A stretch of DNA of 56,058 nucleotides, filler included, from Bipalium vagum (taxonomy: Eukaryota), in the NCBI GenBank assembly GCA_037834085.1. It is 3 parts of 3 records of this genome, joined end to end, with 100 filler letters (N's around TTAATTAATTAA, not from the genome) between each part and the next. Parts side by side here need not be neighbours in the genome. Positions count along the whole stretch, not along the records: positions 22,478 to 38,527 come from JBBMKC010129878.1; 2 more parts are not named here. One strand, 5' to 3'. Shown here piece by piece: positions 28,501-38,627 of this stretch. Positions within the stretch are counted from its first letter, which is position 1; each line of letters starts with the position of its first letter. A program made the translations under genes and the position numbers. The notes under the pieces were generated by a model. That model saw only the letters and a list, made by a program, of their open reading frames with translations, had not been told where the DNA came from and searched no databases.

Positions 28501-29679
28501 CTTATAAAACCCTGATGAACTATAATCAATAAATTCCTGGAAAACCAGTTTACGACATCTAGAAATTTAATTGTTTTCCTAATAAAAAGTCTAAAGTGGG
28601 GAACAAATGGTAATCAGTAGGGAATATGTCTGGTAAGTATATAAGGTAATACGGGAAGTTACAATTTCAGTAGCTTTTCAAATATCACTTAAGTAATCAC
28701 TTGTATTGCTTTATCATGCAATAAGATAAGAATTGATCTATTGACCAAACTGGGTCCGGTTTCATGAATTCATAATAAATCAGTTCTACGATAGTCTTGA
28801 AACCTAATAAATAATAAAAAAGAAAATTTATTTCGGAAAAACTTCTGGCTTAAATCATTTTATCATAAAATTTTGACAAATATACTTTTTTAACAAGATT
28901 TCAATTTTTTTCTTTTATCCTTTTTTAAAAACAAGGTTTTTAAAATTTATTTTACAACCCTTTAATGAAAGTTGATTATTAATATATACTTATCAAATGT
29001 TATGTTAAATAGAGACACTTCAAGTACCATCAGCAGATGACTGAGAATGCATTTTCAAGAAGAGCAAGAATGGATGCAAATTCACCTCCTCCTGAGCCAG
29101 CTCCCAGACAAGAACTTTCAGGTCATTTTAGAAATAATAATATTGACGACAGAAACAATGATGATTTTCATCATATTTCACAAAACGATATTAACAAGTC
29201 TTTCACAAATATACGCACTCACTGTCAAAAATATACTAATATGGGTTCTCAAACCAATTTAGAAATGACTGAACGTCCAAAACGCAAGTAATTGTAAAAT
29301 GTCAATTATTATATATAAAAATTGTTTATTAATTAGACAAACAAATATACCCACCCATTTATTATCGAAATCAATAAATCCAGTATTCAGCCCTCCGATT
29401 CGACCTCCGTATTACGAACATTTGGGTGGTTATGGTTTGCATGAATTAAAAGATTCCAACGTATGGAGCATTCGTGATGATAACATGTCTCCATTAATGC
29501 AACGTAGACATCATTCTCCGCCACTGAATCAACCGTTTAAAAACAATGCAAATAATAGAAATATTATGCATTACAACGTGAACCACGTTCCAACTGAACT
29601 ACCTTTATCTAAGCCTCAAAATGTAATTAGAGATAAAAAGTCACCAGATAATGCTACATATTTTCTTTCAGTTGTTTGA
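22593..29679 (+). CDS. multi-exon proline-motif-rich disordered protein (~443 aa visible, probably a C-terminal part) ending in PDZ ligand -SVV
   Basis: Exons 22593-22952, 23056-23409, 29013-29287 and 29337-29679. Junctions AAG|gtttca..ttag|GAA, CCA|gtgaga..atag|AGA and AA|gtaatt..ttag|A are phase-compatible (0, 0, 2) and join four separate ORF-track entries into one open frame. Confidence 0.72.
23795..24212. mobile_element. MITE-like element with long imperfect TIRs
   Basis: TTATTATTACAATTGATTTTTTATTGAT (~23840-23867) is inverted at ~24150-24177; similarity extends outward (GGAGTCC / GGACCC). Confidence 0.6.
24440..24622. mobile_element. small MITE/foldback element
   Basis: Perfect 16-bp inverted pair TCTATTAAGTCAGTGT / ACACTGACTTAATAGA, plus CATTTGATTA / TAATCAAATG. 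Confidence 0.6.
25788..27476 (+). mobile_element. mariner element with TIRs, carrying an opposite-strand mariner fragment
   Basis: TA|TTAGGTCGCCTCATAAGTTCTG pairs with CAGAACTTATGAAACGACCCAA|TA. Plus strand gives GNEKWVVFDNPK and HPPLSPDAATSDYYLF; minus strand gives PYYPDLVSAEFYLF at ~26098-26139. It lies in an intron of the 22593-29679 gene. Confidence 0.8.
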
Positions 29680-31183
29680 ATTATCTTAGAGTTATCTTCT
29701 TATGATTTGTCTCAATGTTATCTTAATTAATTAAAGACCTCATTAAACTAGATTACTTTTACAATATTTTTTCTGGCTGGCCAGTTTGTACATTTTATAT
29801 TTAGACCGAGACAAACTATGCAGACGAATTAATGCTTTAGGTGGTTTTATCACACTGGTTGTGTTATGATGTATTTATGACAGGATCATTAAATCGAGTT
29901 CAAAGTCTGTAATTTTAGCACAATTTTCCTTGAATTATTTAATAATAAATTTGCTTGATTGTCTTTGATAACAATCTCCTCATTATTATGATTTATTGAA
30001 ATCATAATTTTATTTTTGATCCGCTTCTTCCATTCAGCGTTTTAAGGGTGACTTGAACTGGTCAATTTCAAGAATTCCTAAAATGTAAAATTAAGATATG
30101 CTGCACCACTAACATTCGGTCATTCAAAAAGGATTATGGAATAATTTTTTTCGATATTATTTATAACTTTTGTTCATTGAAACAGACACTTATCCAAAAA
30201 AATCATGATTTCTTATATTTCCGATTTTAAAATACTTGTGGAACAGCAAAAATATTTCATTTGACTACCTTCGTATTTTGGCAATGTATATAAATCAACA
30301 AAGAAAAATGTTTTAGTATGTGTCAATCAATGATATAAAATGAATTTTTCTATCGGACTGGTCAACTTGTGACCATCTGTTAGTTCTTCAATGCATTGGC
30401 AACAAAATTCAGGTTTCTTTGAGATGAAAGAAATAGTTCAATCACCATTTTATATAAATTATAAAGTTATTGTAAGTAAATCAATCTTTTATTAGATCCC
30501 AAATGCTTGATTGGTTTTGTTAAGTCTTCTTTGGCTTGTGTTTGCTCTTCTTTCCTTGCATTATTGTTGAACGTGGCTGTTAAGTTTGAAGTCTCCACAT
30601 ATCCACTACTGCTGATAATGATGAAATTTAATTTATTGTTTGAATTTTAACTGGATATGACAACATTTTAACTGAAACGATTAAGTTACAAAATATTTTG
30701 TTATCTATTTTTTAATTATTTTTTCGTAGAAAAGATTGAGAATAAGTCTCATAATTTTCGTGATAAGATTAAATGACACATTTAATTATTAAAAATTATA
30801 ATTATTAATTTATCATCCAATAATAAATATTATACATATATAGACACAACTGAAACAAAGAAAAACTTTTTCATTTTCCAGAACTTAATCTTTTAATTTT
30901 TTGTATTTACTATAATATTGATATCTTATAGACCGAATAATCAATTTGATAAGCTAGACACAAGAGGGTCTCTTCAAAAGACTCCAAACGAAATTGATTA
31001 TCTGAAAGCCAAGATCAAGAATTTTAATTGAGATCCTTAAGATTAGTTTTCAAATTATTAATTATTCTTCCTAAAACTTAAAATCGTATAATGAGATGTT
31101 TTCATCTTTCTTTTCTATCATTGTTACTTAAAATTTTGACTTATTCAATGTATTAGTTCAAATATTAGATAATAGTGATAATA

Positions 31184-31861
31184 CACTATGTTTCATGCAA
31201 TTTAATCCACGTTTCATATAATTTAATCAACAGATGCAACCGTTAGATCAAACAATTATTCGACATGTACTGCAATGAACAAAAGATACATTTCGAAACT
31301 GTTAAATCAGTATGCAATTTGGAAAAATATTCTAATTTAATAATGAAACTAGTTAATATACAAAATAATTTAGGACTATAATAATATATATAATGGATAA
31401 TGCCTCTATACACAAATGTGAGGAAACTAAAATAAAATAATCCGAAAAAATGAGCACCAACTTGTTTATTTGCCATCTTATAGCCCACAATTAAATCCTA
31501 CAGAAGATGTATTTCCAAAATAGAAAAATACAATAAATCGAAAAATTGCTGAACAGCAGAACTCCAAGAAACAATTGCAATTGCCAACATGGAAATAACG
31601 CCATCAAATTGTGCTTCATATTTTGATCATATGGCTCAATTTTTATGCAAAGCAGCAAATAATGAAGAGTTTTCATGAATAAATGCTTACATTTTGTATT
31701 TTTATTTGAGTTTAATATTTTATTTAGAGTATTTTAAATTTAAATTCTTTTATAAATTATAAATTTTTATTTGACTTTAATAATATGAAACGTGGATTAA
31801 GGTTATGTGAAACATGAATTACGTTGTATGAAACGTAGATTCAATTACATGAAAAATACTG
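31184..31861 (+). mobile_element. internally deleted Tc1/IS630-like (DDE) element with repeat-containing TIRs
   Basis: TA|CACTATGTTTCATGCAATTTAATCCACGTTTCAT pairs with ATGAAACGTAGATTCAATTACATGAAAAATACTG|TA; interior MDNASIHK...LVYLPSYSPQLNPTEDVF. Confidence 0.75.
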
Positions 31862-32506
31862 TAATAATAATTAAAGGCACAATTATCAAATTAACATCGA
31901 CTTAATATCTTTCAATTTTGTCAATATTTCTGTCACTAATGATAATATATGAAAAACAAGTTCCAAACCCCTATGGCATAATTTATTCTTCAAAACATTT
32001 CATATATATTACGAATCATGCTAAACCTCCTACACATTCAACATATTAACGTGCAAACCACATTACCACCATATGATTTCGTCAAATGATCTGACAATAT
32101 CTTTGTGAAAATTTAATCATAGTATTTGTATCATATATATTAACATTTCAAACAATTCATTGTTTTTTCTTAATAAAAAATAAATAATAATTGCTGATTG
32201 TCTCAGCATCACAAATCAGGATTGTTTCAATCGTTTGATATGATTAAAAGTATATTATGCAATCAAGGAGTGCAATCAAGCGCGAATTTGTAGACATATT
32301 CCATCACTGAACATGTCCAAAAATGTAAATTGATAATCCATGAATAAACTAATCATACGAAAATAGATACGGTACAATCGTGCACCTTGTTCTTATCATA
32401 GAAAGACATAGATCATTGAGTAAAATAACATAATGGTTACAATAAAAAATGATTAAGGAAAGATCAGGTATTAAAAAGAAATAAAAGATAATAGATCTCT
32501 TCGACA

Positions 32507-35500
32507 TTATGAAATATTGGTTCCACAAGACTGAAGTAAAGAAGTGTTCAAAAGAGTCTGTGGTGCCCCCAAATGGTTGGCATTGGCGGAAATGGTAATT
32601 GGTATTATTGTCGGAATGTTTGACATTGAAACGTTACCATTGTTGTTGGAACCGGGAGCCAGTTGATTGGAATATAAGTAATTATTGTCCAATCCGTAAT
32701 TAGGTACAATCGGATTAATAGAATAATCTGACATTTGATTATTGATCGCCATTGGTATCATGGAAATAGATGAAGGACCATAAGCAGATATCGACTGGTT
32801 AAGCATAGTTGGATTTAAATTTGTGGACATCTGAGGAGCTGGCTGAGTGATTATGGGAAAAGTGTGAGGCATGTGAGAGTAGTAACCACCCATGGTATAA
32901 GTCATTGGTTGGTTTGGTGTTAATTGGATTGTGGAATTTTGGAATGTCTGGAACTGTTGTAATGGATTGACAATGTAAACCGATTGGCAATTTTGGTCAA
33001 TATTAGGTAACAAGTTGGAATTCATCATAGGTGTAATTGGTAAGTTTTGCTGACTTATTTGATCATTCTCGATTGAAGTATCTGAAAACAAGTTTAAGAG
33101 ACTAGTTAGAAAATAATAATTGTTAATTGAAAATTTATCGGTGATACCGGGACCTTTCACGTGGTAATTGAAACAACCCAAAATCAACAAGGAACCTCCT
33201 TCAGTGTGCCCATTCGAAAAAGATATCTCTTTCTTCCGCAAATCATGCCAATAATATGCGTAACCGTCAGGTCCATCCACATTAAACTTTTTCTCGTCGC
33301 TCCAGATTACTTTTCCCATTCGGTGACCCACGACAGTTTCTCTTTAGCCCAGCAAACACGATTGATTTTATGTTGTGGTTTCAAAGGAAGTTTTACCAAC
33401 ATCTTATACCGGATCGTCCCAGATTTATTTAAAATCTTTCTAATACTCTCTACGGACCAACTTAGGTTGAATAGTGTTTTTATTTTCGCACAGAATATGC
33501 TTTGGTTGCTGTGGAAATCTTTGCCTTAGGATCCCGTGTCTTCTTTTCTTTATTTTTATTCTTCAAAAAGTATCTTATACTACTCTCATTCTTCCCTAAC
33601 TTAGTGCCGATCCATCTGTTCGATTTTCCTGCGTCGTGGTAGACATAGATAATTCCCTTCTCGGTGTTGGTTAATCTTGCAGTTTTAGTCATCTTACTAA
33701 ATAATTTTTTAATAAAATCTTATTATTCGATAGACAGAAGTACTTACATTTAATATTTAATCTATAAACAGTTAATTTATATAATTATATTTAAATAACT
33801 TCACTTTTAAATTAGTGCGGCAATAATTATTTGGAATTAATTATCTGATATATTATAACAAATCAGTTTTACGTTAAGTGAATACCGGGTGCGTCGTATA
33901 ATCGCGGAAATAAATGCACAAATATAAAAATTAAATTTATGAAGTAAAATTTTATTGAGAATTAAATATGAACATATATTTAATACATTATACATACATA
34001 AAACAATTATTCAAAAAGACCTCCAGCAGCATCAATTACGGCCTGAATCTGGAGCAAGTCTTGAGAATGTACTCCTGAGATAGATTTTTCCATGCCTTCG
34101 TTACTGCTTTCTTTAGAGACTTCAAATTAGGGTGCTGTACTTTGGAGGCCTCTGTCTTAACAGAAGCCCATTGAGAAATCCAGAGGATTGAGATCAGGTG
34201 AGGTAGGGTGCCATATTGATTTATTCCAGAATTTCATATTTTCTTTGAGCCACGTTTGGGTTGCCTTTGAGGTATGACATGGAGCTCCATCTTGAGTAAA
34301 AATAGTTGGCTCGAACCCATGGGAGAACATTTACTTGTAAAATCTTCAGATAACCTTCAGTATTTAATTTAAAACCTTTGTCAAACAATACTGGAGGCAT
34401 TTTTTCACCATCTGATGACACCAGTCCAAAAACCATCATATGGCTGGGATTTTTTGACCTGACAATGCTTTTAATGTGATCTGGAACATCCCTCACAGGT
34501 ATATCTGTGACGTACCTATCATTTCTACTGTTTTGAACTTTGTCAACAGTGAAATATTTCTCATCAGAATAGAGCAAGATTTCCCCTTTCTTATTTTTCA
34601 CCATTGACCTGATTTTCTTACATTTCTCTAATATGGACACTTTGAGTGAATTAGTTAGCAACTGGCAGGTCTTCTTTAAAAATTCTTCTTATTGTAGGCT
34701 CTGAAATACTCATTTCATTGGACATTTTGCGCATTGACCTCACAGGATTAAAATTTATCCTGTTTTTGACTTTTTCAATCAATTTTTTTTCGTGCTTTTC
34801 TGGGCTTCAAGGCGCTGTCATAGTTTGCCAGGTTTGATTTAATTTTATAGATAATTGTTTTTGAGACTTTTAATATATCCATAATCTCATTTACAGATTT
34901 TTGGGCTTGAAGGAAAACAACTAACGCTTGCCTTTTGTCGTTTATGTTCATCTAAAATATGAAATCTATAAGAAATTTTTTAATCAATTATGTATCAAAT
35001 TCCAATCAACACAAAAATATCAACAAATAGGGAGAGCTGTTTTTTTTTTATTAGGTTGACTGATTCAAAATAGTCCGCGATTATATGACGCAACCGGTAG
35101 TTGATTAGTTAGCCAAAAGTTATTTTAAAATCTTACAAATATTTCATGCATAATACAATAATCAAAAAAATTTATTTCAATTGAAATTAGTTAAGATTTA
35201 TTATATTTTCAAGGTGCGGCAATAATTATTTGGAGCACTGTATTATAAGCAAATAAGTTTGCTATTAAAATTATTTTATAATCAATTTAATATTAATTAA
35301 TAATATTAAAAATAAATAATAATTTCCGAAAATTAATTATTTAATTAAATAAAATATTAAATTATGATAATATAATTTATTTCACATATTTACCTTCATT
35401 TAACATAGTGATATTGCTTTGGGGCGCAGTATAATTGATATTGGATTTGATTTCTTGACTTGAACTTCCCACTGTTGAATTTGACACGAAATTGAAATTT

Positions 35501-38194
35501 GGAAACATTATCTACCAAAGAACTCAATTTATGTTAAAATAAAATTATTATTTGATAAAACATATGAAAGTCACATCATTACATAAAGTTAATTTCTATT
35601 TATATTGTATTTTTAAAGCTTTCAGAAAATCTTTTATAAAATTGTATGCATTTTGTCTAACTAATCCAAAAATCCGAATTTACTGTTTCCTTCAAAACTT
35701 TATCAAGAACTGTTTCATGTCTACCTATTAGCTCATTTTCAAGGCTTGATTTTCCAGATCTGAATTTTGAGAATCAGTTTTGAATAGTCCAAATAGAAAT
35801 TGCATCATCTCCATATACTTTTTAAAGATTCGTACTTGCTGTCACGACATTATTTCAAAGAAGGAACTCGTAATAAATTATAATCCTCATTTCATAATTA
35901 TCCATTTTTTCATCAAAATTTAAACATGGCGGGCTACAATTCGAATTCTGCAATCTATAATGTTATTAAAACAAATATCACGCATTACCTTGTTAATATG
36001 TTATTTATTTTATGAAGGATATCACTTACTTTAAAAACAGTCTTCAAAAAGACAATAAGGAAAGGACATTTTATATGCACCAATCTAATAAAAATAACAC
36101 AGCTTGCATGACAAGCAAAATTTTTAATGAAAGGATAATGAAATGGAATAAAGACTTTTATTTCATTAATATTAAGATATGTGAAATTTATTCGTCTTTA
36201 ACATGAAATTCGAAATTTTCTTTTTATCGCAAAACTGTACATGTATTACCCAACCATTAGACAAAAAGAATAAGAAGTTTTAAATCATGATATTTTCACG
36301 GGCTCATATCAAATGTTGTTTCTTAATTAAAACCAGAAATATATGTTTATAATATTGTCAAAAGTTTCACAATCCGAGATGGTTTTATTTATTGCACCTG
36401 GACTTGGGAAGAAGTATCAGAACAAATTATTGTAAATTAATGGAAAGATACTGGATATGATTTTGGAAAAAACAAAGAAACGAACCATTTCCAGAGTTCA
36501 GTGAAAGTAATGAATATCTAGAAGATGAAATAAATCAACTTGGTTTAGATGATAAAGCTTCACTTTAAAGAATTAGTAGATGATTTAAAAACTGTAAATG
36601 AACTCGTTTTGGAATTAGCAAAAACTTAAACCTTTAATAATAAACCCACAAAAATTGAGAATATTGAACTAAGTAAATTCCCAATGTATTGCAAAAACAG
36701 AGTATTCTACTGAGGATATAATAATTGAAGACTTGAAGTGTGATAACTCAAGAGTTACATTTGATATTGCCCATGACAGGTCTTTAAAATTTAAAGAATT
36801 CATGTAGGCAAGCACTGAAGCGTCTACCAGATATTTTCGCGTTTTGAAAGAATTTTAAAAATTCTTGATATCCAAAAGAAAAAAAGAAGAAAGTTACAGA
36901 CCATTTTAATGTTATGAATAAATAAAGGTTTAATATATTTATTTTTTGAACATTTTTTAACCAAATTTTACTCTTCCTGTCTATTTTTACTTTTGTCAAA
37001 ATGATGTCTCCTAAAAAACAAAAAATAAGTGGCTTTTGTGAAGCGGTACATGAAAATAGTTATTTTGTCTGGAAGATTTATGAAAATAAACCTCTGATTT
37101 CAATGTGATGGTATCAATGTAAACGGGGTTACTTAAGATTCTGTTCTTTTTCACAATATCCTCTATTTGCTATAAAAAAATTGATTATTATGAATTTCAA
37201 TGAATGTTTTAGACATTTTCCGAGTTTCTTCTGTAGCATTAATATTTTGTGCCTTCTTTTAAGCTTCAGATATACTGTTCTAACGGTAAGGGGATAAATG
37301 TCAACTTATTATCCTTAATATTAATCCAAAATTTTTCTTATTTATCTGAGAGCAGTTTACCAAAGATATATGATATTAATGAAATAATACTGTGGAATTA
37401 ATTTTCACAAAATAAGAAAATTTTCTTTGTCAATGAAACAATCTTTTCTTTCTTAATTTTACTCTCCAACCTCGGCAAGCTTTATTATTATTATTAGTTG
37501 AAAATTAATACGAGACCTTTCACATGCGCATGGACTGCTCTGATCACTGAGTTACATCTCCCGACTAATTTTCGATTTATCTCACAATTATTATTTAAAC
37601 TGATATCTTGGAACTTTACTTAATCTAGAAGGATAAAGGCAAATTAGTTGTACAACTAAAAGATTACCTCAAAAGTAAAAAATTACTTTTTCTAGAATTC
37701 ATAAACTTCAACCAAATTATAATTAATGATTTTCTTAATTCATATTTTATACAACATCACTGTTTGGAAAAACATTCATTTATTATATATATGGGACCGG
37801 ATATTTTGCCCAAATTATAGAGGGTTCATGAAATCAAAAGTCAATATTTATTTTTTATTAACAAGATTTTTCTAATGCCCGAATTAACGTGTTTCACTGT
37901 ATACTATGTTTAATAATTATAGTTTATTATTATTTTAGGACTTCAGAAAGATGATTTTTAAAAATTGATAAAACGATTTTTTTTAATTAATACGCTTTGG
38001 TGTTCATTGCCTAAGTGAATATTAAACCTCTTATTTTTAAAAAAAAGTTAAAATTAAAAATATAATAAGGCTAGACAAATCTTTCATACTTGGGTTGGGA
38101 CATATTGATATTTAATACCATTCACCAGCCATTCGTGCTTATTTACTTGATTGGAATTAATCCAGTTTTCTGAATTGTGAACTTCCTCAGAAAT
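32507..38194 (-). CDS. 5'-incomplete 3-exon gene with Q/N/P/M/S-rich low-complexity C-terminus (~265 aa visible)
   Basis: Exons 38194-38090 (ISEEVHNSENW...WLVNGIKYQYVPTQ), 35511-35394 (IMFPNFNF...MLNE) and 33081-32507 (DTSIENDQ...GTNIS*). Junctions CAA|gtatga..gtag|ATA and G|gtaaat..tcag|AT are phase-compatible. Confidence 0.7.
33150..35240 (-). mobile_element. 3'-truncated Tc3-like element interrupted by a nested transposon
   Basis: End TA|CAGTGCTCCAAATAATTATTGCCGCAC at 35240, with an internal direct copy of the motif at ~33814-33834. Transposase starts at 33692 (MTKTARLTNTEKGII) and contains the Tc3-type WSDEKKFNVDGPDGYAYYWHDLRK. Confidence 0.85.
33885..35097 (-). mobile_element. nested maT-like (DDxD) Tc1/mariner element, 1213 bp, TA target duplication, frameshifted transposase
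   Basis: TIRs CCGGGTGCGTCGTATAATCGCGGA / TCCGCGATTATATGACGCAACCGG. Motifs YSDEKYFTV..NSRNDR and QDGAPCHTSK...WHPTSPDLNPLDF. Confidence 0.9.
35640..35905 (-). mobile_element. mariner N-terminal fragment
   Basis: MDNYEMRIIIYYEF...VYGDDAISIWTIQN*FSKFRSGKSSLENE. Confidence 0.75.
36010..36900 (+). mobile_element. pogo/Tigger (CENP-B DDE_1) transposase relic
   Basis: SNKNNTACMTSKIFNE and FLSQNCTCITQPLD..RSFK resemble the AWMT and FLPPNTTS.LQPLD motifs of pogo-family transposases. Confidence 0.6.
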
Positions 38195-38379
38195 CTAATT
38201 ATTACTTTAATTTAAGATTTAATTACTTATATTTTTAATTTAAGAAAATTGCAATAATAGTTAAGAAAATGATAAAAAAAATAATGTCTTAAATCAAATT
38301 TTAAAAAAACTAATTATTTTGAAATATTTCATATTATATAAATTCATTTCTTCGAGTATTTTAAATTAATATTTTGTGA

Positions 38380-38527
38380 TTATTTCCGAGTAGACTTTCT
38401 GGTTGTCCGAAACATTTCCGAAAGATTTCAAGTCATCTACTCAGTTCATACACTGGACGTCCTAAAAGTGTTTCAACACCGGAAATTATTACAGGAATTA
38501 AAGAAATGGTACATAAAGATGCAAGTG
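38380..38527 (+). mobile_element. mariner fragment cut by gap
   Basis: TGRPKSVSTPEIITGIKEMVHKDA (GRP linker region). Confidence 0.55.
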
Positions 38528-38627
38528 NNNNNNNNNNNNNNNNNNNNNNNNNNNNNNNNNNNNNNNNNNNNTTAATTAATTAANNNNNNNNNNNNNNNNN
38601 NNNNNNNNNNNNNNNNNNNNNNNNNNN
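38528..38627. other. 100-bp scaffolding gap with artificial spacer
   Basis: 44 N + TTAATTAATTAA + 44 N. Confidence 0.95.

Noticed and set aside
31184-31861. Short repeated ATGAAACGT units (and similar units at 51045-51309) as a CRISPR-like array
   Set aside because: They are sub-terminal repeats in transposon TIRs, inverted between the ends, with no regular spacers or cas genes; the context is eukaryotic.
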